NCBI GenBank assembly: GCA_013334765.1
Contig: JAAXWW010000001.1
Span: 236,589 to 300,588 of the forward strand
Origin: Candidatus Moraniibacteriota bacterium
GTDB taxonomy: Bacteria > Patescibacteriota > Minisyncoccia > Moranbacterales > UBA2206
Reading direction: 5' to 3'
DNA length: 64,000 bases
Positions 26,592-36,607 of the stretch are shown here, in pieces. How positions within the stretch are numbered: the first letter of the stretch is position 1; each line of letters begins with the position of its first letter. Position numbers and translations under genes: made by a program. A model generated the notes under the pieces. It made no database searches. It was not told the origin of the DNA and saw only the letters and a program-made list of their open reading frames with translations.

Positions 26592-27848
26592 ATGAGCAAA
26601 ATAAAAAAAATATTCGCGCGTGAGATTCTGGATTCGAGGGGCAATCCTACGGTGGAAGTTGAGATGGAATTGGAGAGCGGATTGAGCGCGACAGCGGCTG
26701 TGCCGTCGGGAGCTTCGACCGGATCGCATGAAGCGCTTGAGCTTCGCGACAATGATCCGAAAAGATATCACGGCCTGGGAGTCATCCAGGCGGTCAAGAA
26801 CGTGAACACGAAAATCCAGAAGGCGATTGTGGGAATGGAAGTTTCGATGCAAGCCGAGATCGACAAGGCGATGATCGATCTTGACGGCACGGAAAACAAA
26901 TCGAAACTCGGAGCCAATGCGATTTTGGGCGTGTCTCTGGCAGCGGCGCGCGTGGCGGCTATGGAGAAAAAGGTGCCGCTTTACGAATATATCGCAGTCC
27001 TTTATGGCGAAACTCCGAAAAAGTTCAAGACCCCGATCCCGATGTTCAACGTGATAAACGGCGGAGCGCACAGCGATTCCGGCCTTTCGATCCAGGAATT
27101 CAAGATCGTGCCACACGGAATAAAGAAATTCAAAGAGCAGCTCCGGGCTGGAAGCGAAGTTTTTCATGAGCTCAAAAAGCTCTTGGCTTCTGAAGGATAT
27201 TCTGTCGGTGTGGGGGACGAGGGAGGATTCGCGCCGCGCCTTGAAAGCAATGCCAAAGCGTTGGAATTCATCAATCTTGCGATTGAGAATGCGGGATATG
27301 AGAAAGGCAAGCAGGTGGCGATCGGACTCGACGCGGCTGCTAGCGGGTTCTATAACGAGCAGGAAGGCCAGTATGTGTTCAAGCCGGAGAACGCTCCGCT
27401 GACGCGGGAGATGCTGGTGAATATATATAACGAGTGGATCGATAAGTATAACGTGATTTCGGTCGAAGACGGATTGTTCGAGGACGATTGGGAGGGATGG
27501 CACGCCATGGAGGAGAAAATCGGGAAAAGGGTGATGTCTATCGGGGACGATCTTCTGGTGACGAATGTGAAACGGGTCAAGAAAGCGATCGAAGAAAAAG
27601 CATGCAACGCGGTTCTCATCAAGGTGAATCAGATTGGAACGCTCACGGAGACATTGGATTGTATGCGGCTTGCCAAGAAGAACAAGATGAAGCGGGTGAT
27701 GTCGCACCGCTCGGGAGAAACGACCGATGACTTCATTTCTGATCTCGCTGTCGGAGCGGGTGCTGAATATATGAAGTCGGGCTCGCTTTCCAGAGGCGAA
27801 AGGATCTGCAAATACAACAGGCTTTTGAGGATTGAGGAGAAGATATAG
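26592..27848 (+). CDS. eno: enolase
   Basis: MSKIKKIFAREILDSRGNPTVEVE... full-length enolase. Confidence 0.95.
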   Translation: MSKIKKIFAREILDSRGNPTVEVEMELESGLSATAAVPSGASTGSHEALELRDNDPKRYHGLGVIQAVKNVNTKIQKAIVGMEVSMQAEIDKAMIDLDGTENKSKLGANAILGVSLAAARVAAMEKKVPLYEYIAVLYGETPKKFKTPIPMFNVINGGAHSDSGLSIQEFKIVPHGIKKFKEQLRAGSEVFHELKKLLASEGYSVGVGDEGGFAPRLESNAKALEFINLAIENAGYEKGKQVAIGLDAAASGFYNEQEGQYVFKPENAPLTREMLVNIYNEWIDKYNVISVEDGLFEDDWEGWHAMEEKIGKRVMSIGDDLLVTNVKRVKKAIEEKACNAVLIKVNQIGTLTETLDCMRLAKKNKMKRVMSHRSGETTDDFISDLAVGAGAEYMKSGSLSRGERICKYNRLLRIEEKI

Positions 27849-27857
27849 GCAAAAGAA

Positions 27858-27890
27858 AATCGCCGCCAGTCCGTTTGGATTGGCGGCGAT
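27858..27890 (-). terminator. rho-independent terminator for minus-strand 36-aa ORF (11-bp stem)
   Basis: aatcgccgcca-gtccgtttggat-tggcggcgatt; the U-run (ttttcttttgc) is on the minus strand. Confidence 0.55.
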
Positions 27891-27929
27891 TGTGGAAGCC
27901 CCATCTTTAACATTGATCACCTTCTCATT

Positions 27930-28040
27930 TTAGGGGAGAAACATCGGAATAAGGAAAAGGGCGACCAATCCCAGGATGGTTAAGCCTATCAGCCTAACAG
28001 TAGACATGGCCGATGATGCTATCATTCCGAACATGTTCAT
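27930..28040 (-). CDS. 36-aa hydrophobic single-TM peptide (MNMFGMIASSAMSTVRLIGLTILGLVALFLIPMFLP)
   Basis: ATG (RC of 28038-28040) with a GGAGG Shine-Dalgarno 6 nt upstream; stop TAA (RC of 27930-27932); own terminator. Too short for the ORF track. Confidence 0.4.
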   Translation of the reverse strand: MNMFGMIASSAMSTVRLIGLTILGLVALFLIPMFLP

Positions 28041-28130
28041 GATACGCCTCCGGTTGATAGGTTCGAAAGAACTCCTCCTGCTTGGATTGTGACTCCATAT
28101 TGTCATAAAGTCAATTTTAAGAATAACATC

Positions 28131-29111
28131 ATGTCAAAAATCATCTGCATCGGTTCGGTCTGCAAGGATATCTTCTTTCCTACTTCGGAAGGGACGATAA
28201 TCGATACTCCGGACGATATCCTGAGCCAGAAGAAAATCGCTTTCGAGCTGGGAGCGAAATACAAGATAGGTGAGAGGTTCGAGACGATTGGAGGATGCGC
28301 CGGGAATGTGGCAGTCGGCCTTTCGAGGCTCGGGGTGGAATCTTCCTGTTATGGGATTATCGGAGGGGACGAGTCCGGAACCTGGATAAAGGATCAGCTT
28401 GAGAAAAACGGCGTAGGTACGGAGCTTATCGAGATCCTTTCCGATAGTCAGAGCGATATGTCAGCCATAATCATCGATTCAAGGAGCGCTGACAGGGTCA
28501 TCTTTTCCAATCAGAAAGCCAATGGCGAGCTCATTGTCGACAAGGGCAAGATAGATGATGCTGAGTGGATTTTCATCGGCGATCTGCATGGGGAGTGGGA
28601 AGACAATCTGGACAGGATTTTTGAAGATGCCAAGGATAATGGGATGAAGATAGCTTTCAATCCGCGCCAGAGCAATATCCATGACAATCCGAAGAAGATC
28701 TTGGATTGCATCCGGGGAGCGGAGGTGCTGATTCTCAATAAGGATGAATCAATGGAACTTGTCTCGGCATTGGGTGAAAGCATTCCCAAAGAGGATCTGG
28801 AAAGTGAGGATTTCCTGGTTAGGAAATTCTTGGATCTCGGCGCCAAGGTCGCCGTCCTGACTGACGGGGAAAGGGGCGGCTGGGCTTCTGATGGCGGGGA
28901 TGTCCTGCATGTTGCGGCTCGCAATGCTGAAGCGGTCGACTCGACGGGAGCGGGAGACGCGTGTGCCAGCGCGTATCTGGCGGCTCACATGAAAGGAAAG
29001 GGATTGGAGGAATGCCTTCGGTGGGGAATCCGGAACGGAGCGAGCGTGGTTGAACACTATGGAGCGATCGAAGGGCTTTTGGATGAGGAGAAGATTTCAT
29101 CATTGGAATAG
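28131..29111 (+). CDS. PfkB-family carbohydrate/nucleoside kinase (ribokinase-like)
   Basis: GGxxxN and DSTGAGDA motifs. The ORF track starts at 28089; MSKIICIGSV at 28131 is the likely start. Confidence 0.8.
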   Translation: MSKIICIGSVCKDIFFPTSEGTIIDTPDDILSQKKIAFELGAKYKIGERFETIGGCAGNVAVGLSRLGVESSCYGIIGGDESGTWIKDQLEKNGVGTELIEILSDSQSDMSAIIIDSRSADRVIFSNQKANGELIVDKGKIDDAEWIFIGDLHGEWEDNLDRIFEDAKDNGMKIAFNPRQSNIHDNPKKILDCIRGAEVLILNKDESMELVSALGESIPKEDLESEDFLVRKFLDLGAKVAVLTDGERGGWASDGGDVLHVAARNAEAVDSTGAGDACASAYLAAHMKGKGLEECLRWGIRNGASVVEHYGAIEGLLDEEKISSLE

Positions 29112-29198
29112 CCAGCCTTTCTGAATCAGGGCTTGCTTGCTTGCATACGGCAACTAATGTTCCGGCCTGTCAGTTTATATACTAAATACAAAAAATAT

Positions 29199-31259
29199 AT
29201 GGATCTTCAAAAACTGTTCAATCCCTCGTCTATCGCGATAGTCGGCGCGTCTGAGGAGGCGGGGAAGGTGGGGAACGTGATCGCGAAAAATGTCCTGGAG
29301 CTGGGATACGCGGGAAAGGTTTTCCTGGTCAATCCGAAATATGACGAGCTTTTCGGGAGGAAGTGCTATAAGAACCTATCCGAAGTTGAAGAACCGGTCG
29401 ATCTGGTCATCATTTCCATTCCGGGAAAATTCGTCGCGGCGGAGATCAGGAATAACGCGGATAGGCACAAGAACTATGTGATAGTCTCTTCCGGTTTTTC
29501 AGAAATAGGCGAAGCTGGAAAAATTCGAGAGGAAGAGATTTTGAAAATCGCGAGTGAAAACGGTCTTTCTATTCTGGGACCGAATTGTCTGGGGTTCATC
29601 GTTCCGCGTCTCAAGCTCAACGCGTCTTTCGCGTCGGGAATTTCAGAAGAAGGGAATGTGGCGCTTGTCTCGCAGTCCGGTGCTTTGGCGGTCGCCCTTA
29701 TGGATTCGGCGAAAGGAATGGATCTGAAATTTTCAAGCGTCATTTCCGTTGGGAACAAGATGCAGATATCGGAAACGGAACTGATGGAATATCTTGCTGA
29801 GGATGAGAATACGAAAGTCATCGCGATGTATTTGGAAGGGATAAAAGATGGAAAGAAATTTTTGGAAGCGGCGAGCAAGGTTTCTGCCAAAAAACCGATC
29901 GTGGTTTTGAAAGCGGGGAAGACCGAGAAATCGCAAAAAGCGATCTCTTCGCACACGGGAGCGCTCGCTGGAAGCGACGATATCATGGATGTGGCATTCA
30001 GGAAATGCGGAGTCTTGCGGGCGGAAAGCCTGGAAGAGTTTTTCGAGATCGTCAGCTTCATTTCGCTGGAAGGATTTCCGAAAAACGGCAAGGTGGCAGT
30101 CATCACTAATGCCGGAGGACCGGGAGTGCTCACGGCGGATGCCTTTTTAGGAAAGAGCGTTGCGCTTCATGAATTCGACGAAAAGACTAAGGAAAAATTC
30201 AGGAAGTTCCTGCCGGAAGAATCGTCGCTTGGGAACCCGATCGATATGCTGGGGGACGCGAAAGAGGATCGCTATCGGAAAACATTGAGCTTGCTGGATA
30301 AGGATCCGGAAGTCGGGACGGTTCTTGCTATCCTGACGCCGCAGGATCAGACTCCGGTCGCGAAAGTGGCCAGCGTCCTTTCCAAATTCAAGGAAAAGAG
30401 CGATAAGGTCATCCTGGCTTCTTTCATCGGAGGGGAACGTATAAAAAAAGGCCTTAAGAAATTGTCGGATAATGGCGTTCCTCAGTTTTCTTTTCCGGAA
30501 AACGCGGTGAAGGCTTTGGACGCGGCATATAGCTGGAGCCTTGGGCGAAACGGATATGTTCCAGCGGATGGAAAGGAAAATACTGAGAGGAAAGAGAAAG
30601 CGCTTTTGGTCATAAGGAACGCCAAGCATGAAGGCCGGAATGCTCTTTTCTTTTCCGAAGCGAAGGAAATCATGGAGATGTATGGGGTGAGATGCTCTGA
30701 TGCCAGGGAAATAGGTCCCGGGGAAAAGGAAGTCCTGATTGATTTTTTCCCATCGGTTCTCAAGGTCGATAGCGATAAGGTCATTCATAAGACTGATAAG
30801 AAAGGCGTTGTTCTGGATATCGAGAATCAGGAGAGCTTCGATGCGGCGGTCAATGATCTGCGGCGTGAATTCTATGGAGCACACCTAGTGGCTCAGCCGA
30901 TGCTATCGAAGGGAATGGAACTCATTTTCGGCATAAAGAAGGATCCGATATTCGGGCCGATCGTTATCTGCGGCCTGGGAGGGATATACACGGAGATTTT
31001 CAAGATGGTAGACTTCTTCATCCCGCCATTCGGCGAAGGGGAAATAAAGAAGCTGCTCATGAGCGGCAAGACGAAGTTCCTCTTTGAAGAAACCAGAGGG
31101 CAGAAGCCGTATGACATCGATGAGGTGGTCGGGATAATAAAGGGAATCGGTGATTTTTCGCGGGAGGTGGACGAGTTTTCCGAGTTCGACATCAACCCCC
31201 TTATTGTCTATAATGATGGAAAAGCGGCAGTAGCCGTGGACGTGAAAATAATTCTTTAA
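29199..31259 (+). CDS. acetyl-CoA synthetase (ADP-forming), fused alpha/beta (CoA-binding + ATP-grasp)
   Basis: N-terminal CoA-binding fold (SIAIVGASEEAGKVG) and C-terminal ATP-grasp. The track ORF begins at 29133; MDLQKLF at 29199 is the likely start. Confidence 0.8.
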   Translation: MDLQKLFNPSSIAIVGASEEAGKVGNVIAKNVLELGYAGKVFLVNPKYDELFGRKCYKNLSEVEEPVDLVIISIPGKFVAAEIRNNADRHKNYVIVSSGFSEIGEAGKIREEEILKIASENGLSILGPNCLGFIVPRLKLNASFASGISEEGNVALVSQSGALAVALMDSAKGMDLKFSSVISVGNKMQISETELMEYLAEDENTKVIAMYLEGIKDGKKFLEAASKVSAKKPIVVLKAGKTEKSQKAISSHTGALAGSDDIMDVAFRKCGVLRAESLEEFFEIVSFISLEGFPKNGKVAVITNAGGPGVLTADAFLGKSVALHEFDEKTKEKFRKFLPEESSLGNPIDMLGDAKEDRYRKTLSLLDKDPEVGTVLAILTPQDQTPVAKVASVLSKFKEKSDKVILASFIGGERIKKGLKKLSDNGVPQFSFPENAVKALDAAYSWSLGRNGYVPADGKENTERKEKALLVIRNAKHEGRNALFFSEAKEIMEMYGVRCSDAREIGPGEKEVLIDFFPSVLKVDSDKVIHKTDKKGVVLDIENQESFDAAVNDLRREFYGAHLVAQPMLSKGMELIFGIKKDPIFGPIVICGLGGIYTEIFKMVDFFIPPFGEGEIKKLLMSGKTKFLFEETRGQKPYDIDEVVGIIKGIGDFSREVDEFSEFDINPLIVYNDGKAAVAVDVKIIL

Positions 31260-31297
31260 AAGCGGAATTCTTTCTTTTCTGAGTTCCGAATAAAAAA

Positions 31298-31864
31298 ATG
31301 GACAATAAGAAATACAAAATCCTGATTGTTGATGATGGCGATGACGCGAGAACTATATACAAGGATGTCTTTGAGAAGGAAGGTTTCGATGTGGTCGAGG
31401 CTCTTGACGGAGTCGAAGGATTGGAAAAAGCGATAAAGGAAATGCCGGACGTCGTTTTCACTGGGATCATAATGCCGAGAATGGACGGATTTAGCCTGAA
31501 AGAGGAGCTTTCCAAGAACGTGGCTACTTCCAATATTCCGGTTTTCATGAATTCCCACATGGGTCGTGAAGAGGACAGGAAAAAGGCCCAGATTTCGGGG
31601 ATAAAGGATTTTTTCGTGGTAGGAATGATCACGCCAAAAGAAGTGGTCGTGAGGATAAAAGCCACTCTTGAAGGCGGGAACTATATGCTTAAAGTGAACC
31701 ATTCCGATTCTGACGCTTTCCGCCTCGTGAACGATCTTGGATTGGGCAATGGTTTTTCATGTCCCAGATGCGGAAACGAAATGGTCTTGAATCTGAAAAC
31801 TATCAGCCTTCCGAACAAGGAGTTTTCCGCCAAGCTGTCCTGTCCTATTTGCGACGGGAAATAA
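31298..31864 (+). CDS. response regulator receiver domain fused to C-terminal zinc ribbon
   Basis: REC (ILIVDDGDD...FTGIIMPRMDG) plus CPRCG...CPICDG. Confidence 0.75.
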   Translation: MDNKKYKILIVDDGDDARTIYKDVFEKEGFDVVEALDGVEGLEKAIKEMPDVVFTGIIMPRMDGFSLKEELSKNVATSNIPVFMNSHMGREEDRKKAQISGIKDFFVVGMITPKEVVVRIKATLEGGNYMLKVNHSDSDAFRLVNDLGLGNGFSCPRCGNEMVLNLKTISLPNKEFSAKLSCPICDGK

Positions 31865-31888
31865 GTTTTTTGCTGTCGATATCAAAAG

Positions 31889-31925
31889 CGAGGCAGGTTC
31901 GTGTTTCTGTGCCTCGTCTCTTTTC
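31889..31925 (+). terminator. rho-independent terminator
   Basis: cgaggca-ggttcgtgtttctg-tgcctcg followed by tctcttttcg. Confidence 0.5.
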
Positions 31926-31929
31926 GCTC

Positions 31930-32077
31930 AGGACTTATGCGTTTGCCTCAGAAACCTTTTAAATCGCGAGGCTATTCGCGATCTGTCCGGGTTATATATG
32001 GTTTTATCTTGACTTTCCAGAAATTGCTTTCTGTTTCTGGCTAGAGAAAAGGTTTTTTCAGCAAACGCATAAGTCCT
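31930..32077 (+). repeat. family-1 palindromic intergenic element, copy B
   Basis: About 88% identical to 10993-11141; both arms carry compensating changes (tatgcg). Confidence 0.9.
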
Positions 32078-32111
32078 ATTTGTTATTAATTAATCCTTCA
32101 GGCTCAGCAGA

Positions 32112-33818
32112 ATGGATAAATATTGGAAAATAAGGAAAATAGCTGAAAACAGCCAGCTTACTAGCTTGGAAATCAACCCGGTCATCCGAGACTTGCTTTT
32201 GGCGCGCGGAATAGATTCGGGGGAGAAGATGGAAGATTTTTTTTCTTCGGATTATGACGATCTTCACGATCCGAGCGGTTTCAAGGGAATGAAAGAGGCT
32301 GTCGAAAGGATTTCACAGGCAAGGAAAAGCGGAGAAAAGATCGCTATTTTCGGTGACTATGACGCGGACGGAGTCACGGCAACGGCGCTTCTTTATGGGG
32401 CACTCAAGGATCTGGGATTTTCGGATATCGCTTACTATATCCCCGACAGGCAGCTTGAAGGATATGGAATGAATGACAAGGCGATAGGATTCCTTGCCGA
32501 AGACGGGGTAAAGCTGGTCATCACAGTTGACTGCGGCATAACCAACGTGTCTGAGGTTGAGAAGGCGAAAAGCCTCGGCATCGATGTGATAATAACGGAT
32601 CATCATAATATTCCGGAGCATCTTCCTGAGGCAGTCGCTGTCATCAATCCGCATATCGAAGATTCCGGTTTCCCCTTTCGCAATCTGGCCGGGGTCGGTG
32701 TGGCGTTCAAGCTCGCGACGGCGCTGTATGCTTCGATGGCTCCCTTGAAAATCGATCAGCTCAAATGGATGCTGGACCTTGTCTGCATCGGGACGATCGC
32801 GGATTGTGTCGAGCTCCTGGGCGAAAACAGGATCTTCGTCAAATACGGGCTTATCGTTCTTTCCAAAACCAAGAGAGCCGGCCTTCAGGAAATGTTCAAG
32901 GTAGGAAGGATCGATATCTCGGAAGACAACGTGCCTGACGCGCATCGGGTGGCGTTCCAGATCGCTCCGCGCATCAATGCTGCCGGAAGGATGGATCACG
33001 CCAGCGTTTCATATAAGCTGATCATCGAAAGCGATCCTGTCATCGCTCGCGACATGGCACTGGATGTCGAGAAGAAGAATCAGGAGCGGCAGAAAGTGAC
33101 CGGTCAGATCGTCAAGGAAATCGAGATGATCGCAACCAATTCTTTCAAAGACAAAAGGTTCATCTTCGTTGCCAATGAGCATTGGCCGGTCGGTATCCTG
33201 GGGCTTGTTGCTGGCAAGATAACCGATCAGTTCCAGAAACCGACAGCGGTTCTCCAGAAGCAGGACAAGGAATATGTCGGATCGCTTCGCAGCGTTCCGG
33301 AAGTGAATATCATGGACGCGCTTAGGGAATGCTCGGATATCCTCATCAGGTTCGGAGGGCATGCCCAAGCGGCTGGGGTGCGGGTGTCGCACGAGAATAT
33401 CGAAAAGTTCTATGAGCATATGTCAGAAGCGGTAGAGAAAAGAATGGCAGGGCGCGAAGCGTTTTCCTGCATAGATATCGATTCGGAAATAGACCCTGCT
33501 AGCATAGACCCACATCTCGTGTCTGAAATCAGGAGGATGGAGCCTTTCGGAATGGGAAATTCGGAGCCGGTGTTCGTTGCGAGAGGGATGACAGTGAAGG
33601 ATGTCCGTGTAGTGGGCAACGGCAGCAAGCATCTCAAGATGACGCTCGGCGCGCCAGGGAACGGGAATGTTTTCGATTCGATCGGGTTCGGATTGGGAGA
33701 CAAGTTCCCTTCCATTCCGATCGGCAGCTCGGTGGACGCGGTTTTCAATATCCAAGAGGACGGATGGAATGGGAACAGGAAAATACAGTTCAGGATAATC
33801 GATTTGAAAGTAAACTGA
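32112..33818 (+). CDS. recJ: single-stranded-DNA-specific exonuclease RecJ
   Basis: DHH motif (IITDHHNIPE), DHHA1 GGHAQAAG. Confidence 0.85.
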   Translation: MDKYWKIRKIAENSQLTSLEINPVIRDLLLARGIDSGEKMEDFFSSDYDDLHDPSGFKGMKEAVERISQARKSGEKIAIFGDYDADGVTATALLYGALKDLGFSDIAYYIPDRQLEGYGMNDKAIGFLAEDGVKLVITVDCGITNVSEVEKAKSLGIDVIITDHHNIPEHLPEAVAVINPHIEDSGFPFRNLAGVGVAFKLATALYASMAPLKIDQLKWMLDLVCIGTIADCVELLGENRIFVKYGLIVLSKTKRAGLQEMFKVGRIDISEDNVPDAHRVAFQIAPRINAAGRMDHASVSYKLIIESDPVIARDMALDVEKKNQERQKVTGQIVKEIEMIATNSFKDKRFIFVANEHWPVGILGLVAGKITDQFQKPTAVLQKQDKEYVGSLRSVPEVNIMDALRECSDILIRFGGHAQAAGVRVSHENIEKFYEHMSEAVEKRMAGREAFSCIDIDSEIDPASIDPHLVSEIRRMEPFGMGNSEPVFVARGMTVKDVRVVGNGSKHLKMTLGAPGNGNVFDSIGFGLGDKFPSIPIGSSVDAVFNIQEDGWNGNRKIQFRIIDLKVN

Positions 33819-33915
33819 CCGATTATGTTATAAGTTTAGGGAACTTGACAATTTCCTAGAAAATCATATGCTTTCATTATTCATGTAGTACATTAATAGA
33901 AAAGGAGGTTCTGCC

Positions 33916-34182
33916 GTGGCAAAGTTTTTTATTTCTCAGGCGATGTCGTTCGGTTTTGCTGTTCGGGAGAGGATGGAATCTGACGGTATGGATGTGGCGG
34001 AAGCCATGTTAGCGGTGTTAGAAAATTACAAGCAGTCAATCTCATACAAGGATATGGAATCTAGAAACGTTGTTTTCTCGGACGGAAGCAATGTTGTGTT
34101 GATGATTGAGAAAGAAGGTCTTCTTCTTTGTTGTGTCGGACCTGAACACAGCGGAGTGAGTGGCTATGTTGCTTTGGCATGA
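33916..34182 (+). CDS. hypothetical small protein (88 aa)
   Basis: GTG start preceded by a perfect AAAGGAGGT Shine-Dalgarno 7 nt upstream. Confidence 0.4.
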   Translation: MAKFFISQAMSFGFAVRERMESDGMDVAEAMLAVLENYKQSISYKDMESRNVVFSDGSNVVLMIEKEGLLLCCVGPEHSGVSGYVALA

Positions 34183-34316
34183 ATTTAACAAGAATGGGAG
34201 AGGGGCGGTGTATAGAGGATTGTTCAAGAATGGCAGTCCTCTTTTCTATGCGGAGAAACTAGGTCAAATCGGTCAGGGATGCTATAATATCTGCATAAGT
34301 ATCTGATTGTTTAGTT

Positions 34317-34748
34317 ATGGAAAAAATCGTGGTGTATACCGATGGCGGGTCGCGAGGAAATCCTGGTCCGGCGGCGGTCGGTGTTTGGATCGAAACGCTT
34401 GGGAAGAAATACGGCGAATATATCGGAGACAATCGGACGAACAATGAAGCGGAGTATGAAGCGCTCATTTTCGCTTTGAAAAAGATCAAGCAATTGGTCG
34501 GGAAAGATAAGACCAAAACGAAACAGGTAGAATGCTATCTTGATAGCGAATTGGTGGTGAAGCAATTGAATCATGAATATAAGCTGAAAGACGAGCGCAT
34601 CCAGGATTATTTCATCGAGATTTGGAACCTGATGCTGGACTTCGGCGGGGTGACTTTCACTCATGTCCTGCGCGAAAAGAACAAGGTCGCTGACGCGATG
34701 GTGAACGAGGCGCTGGACGCTAAAGCGAATCAGGGAAGTTTGATATAG
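34317..34748 (+). CDS. rnhA: ribonuclease HI
   Basis: VYTDGGSRGNPGPAAVG, NNEAEYEALIFAL, and a promoter with extended -10 TGcTATAAT (34284-34292). Confidence 0.85.
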   Translation: MEKIVVYTDGGSRGNPGPAAVGVWIETLGKKYGEYIGDNRTNNEAEYEALIFALKKIKQLVGKDKTKTKQVECYLDSELVVKQLNHEYKLKDERIQDYFIEIWNLMLDFGGVTFTHVLREKNKVADAMVNEALDAKANQGSLI

Positions 34749-34931
34749 CTAGCAGATTTTCCGTGTCATCCTGAGGGGAGTGATCCCGCCTTGGCGGGAG
34801 AACGCAGTCGAAGGATCTGCTTGCGAATATTTCCCGGAGTATTTCGTGACAATATCTTTCGACTTCGCTACGCTTCGCTCAAGATGACAAAATATTTTTG
34901 GCCCCGAGTAAAAATTACAAGAAATAAAAAA

Positions 34932-36239
34932 ATGGCAAAAGCAAAAAAATGGATCGTTTGGGTTCTGATTATCGCGGCGGTTATCGGCGGGATTGTTTTC
35001 TATGTCAGAAGCCGCGCGCCTAAAACCTTATACACTACTGCTGATGCAATTAGGGGAACGCTCAATCAGACCGTTTCAGTAACAGGCGATTTGGTGGCGA
35101 ATGAGGAAATAACGCTCAACTTCGAATTAGGAGGGCGTGTCAGCAAGGTGTTCGTGAAGCCGAGCGACCAAGTGGCGGCAGGAGACAGGATCGCGACTCT
35201 CACTGACGACGTGCTCCAAAAGCAGGTCGATCAGGCCAAGGCTAATCTGGATCAGGCGATTGCCAGCGCGGGAACCAACAGCGACGAGCTGCGAGAAGCG
35301 AGAGTGACAGTGGATAATGCCCGGAACACCCTTGATCAGACGAAGGATCTCAATGATAGGAATATCAAAGCGGCCAAGAGCGCGGTTGAAGACGCGGAAA
35401 ATTATTATGACGATGCCAAGAAGCTGTATGACAGTTCGCAGACCCCGACCAACAAGCTCACTAGGACATCGGCTGAAAACGCGCTCAATAGCGCTGAGCA
35501 GAGTCTGAAAGTCGCCCAAGAGCAGGCTGATCTTGCCAAGGCGAATGCCGAAAACACGCTGAACAGCGCTGAGGCGCGGGTGAAAACTGTCGAATCCGAT
35601 TTCGCACAAGATTCGCGGGATGCTTCTGTTGCCGAGGCCAGGGCTAATTATGAAATGTCGGTTCTCAATTTCAACAAAGCGACGCTTGTTTCGCCGGTTA
35701 ACGGAATAATCACGGAAGTGAACAACAAGGAAGGCGAGGTTCTGGGAACCGGAGTCATCAAGGAGACTTTTTCTCGCGTGATGTCTTTGGATATGATCAT
35801 AGAATCACAGGTTCCTGAATCTGACATAGTGAAGATAAGGAACGGCGAACATGCCAAGATAACGTTCGATGCGCTTTCTCAGGATGATGTTTTCGATGGG
35901 GAAATCATCGAGCTCGATCCGGCTTCGACCACGATCCAAGACGTCGTTTATTATCAGATAAAACTCCGGATGAATACGGCTGATTCCCGCATCAAGCCAG
36001 GCATGAGCGCCAATGTCGACATAGCGACTGCCGAGAAAAAGGACGTGATCATGGTTCCTATGCGGGCAGTCAAGACTGACGATGCGAGCAAAAAGAAATA
36101 TGTCGATGTGCTGCAAACGGATAACACCACCAAGAAGGCATATGTGGAGACAGGGCTTCAGGGAGATGAAGGCATGGTAGAAATAAAATCAGGACTCAGT
36201 GGAGGAGAGAAAGTGGTGACATTCGTGGCTACGAAATAG
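34932..36239 (+). CDS. HlyD/MacA-family periplasmic adaptor (membrane fusion protein) of ABC efflux system
   Basis: N-terminal TM (KKWIVWVLIIAAVIGG), long coiled coil, beta-barrel and MP domain. The track ORF begins at 34791 (TTG); ATG 34932 is the likely start. Confidence 0.8.
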   Translation: MAKAKKWIVWVLIIAAVIGGIVFYVRSRAPKTLYTTADAIRGTLNQTVSVTGDLVANEEITLNFELGGRVSKVFVKPSDQVAAGDRIATLTDDVLQKQVDQAKANLDQAIASAGTNSDELREARVTVDNARNTLDQTKDLNDRNIKAAKSAVEDAENYYDDAKKLYDSSQTPTNKLTRTSAENALNSAEQSLKVAQEQADLAKANAENTLNSAEARVKTVESDFAQDSRDASVAEARANYEMSVLNFNKATLVSPVNGIITEVNNKEGEVLGTGVIKETFSRVMSLDMIIESQVPESDIVKIRNGEHAKITFDALSQDDVFDGEIIELDPASTTIQDVVYYQIKLRMNTADSRIKPGMSANVDIATAEKKDVIMVPMRAVKTDDASKKKYVDVLQTDNTTKKAYVETGLQGDEGMVEIKSGLSGGEKVVTFVATK

Positions 36240-36262
36240 CTGAAAAATGCGCAAGTATTTTG

Positions 36263-36315
36263 GAAATAAAAAAATCCGCCGAAGTGCCACGATGATACTG
36301 TGGTTTCGGCGGATT
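36263..36315 (-). terminator. rho-independent terminator (minus strand) after small membrane gene
   Basis: aatccgccgaa...ttcggcggatt, an 11-bp stem with a nested hairpin; U-run on the minus strand. Confidence 0.5.
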
Positions 36316-36336
36316 GGTTAGGAAATGCGTCCCGGT

Positions 36337-36525
36337 TTATTGCTCCTTTTCGGGCTTGGGTTTCTTCAATGCAGCGGCGATTTTATCCGCTGCAAGGCAT
36401 ACCGCTCCGGAGATGGCAAGTACTCCGGTTGTTATGGCTATTCCAAATTCGAAGTTTCCTTTAAATATGACTGATGCCCCCGATACTCCCGCCAATAATC
36501 CAATTAAAAAAAATCCTTTGGACAT
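36337..36525 (-). CDS. 62-aa two-TM glycine-zipper membrane protein
   Basis: GGAGGAGG Shine-Dalgarno 8 nt upstream of the ATG (RC of 36526-36541). GxxxG-rich TM helices with a KKPKPEKEQ tail. Lies antisense between hlyD-like and ABC ATPase genes. Confidence 0.5.
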   Translation of the reverse strand: MSKGFFLIGLLAGVSGASVIFKGNFEFGIAITTGVLAISGAVCLAADKIAAALKKPKPEKEQ

Positions 36526-36607
36526 TGATTGGTCCTCCTCCAGTAGCTTTTAATAAACCTTAGTCAGCTTCCAATCTGACCAGGCATTATACTCTTTATT
36601 TGCCAAT

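Noticed and set aside
25548-27920. 790-aa minus-strand ORF spanning pgk, the family-2 element and eno
   Set aside because: It is entirely antisense to two unambiguous glycolytic genes, has low-complexity R/S/F-rich composition and no motifs; an antisense open frame in GC-biased coding DNA.
30147-30884. 245-aa minus-strand ORF (with others at 29474-30133 and 30893-31665)
   Set aside because: All are antisense to the ADP-forming acetyl-CoA synthetase gene.
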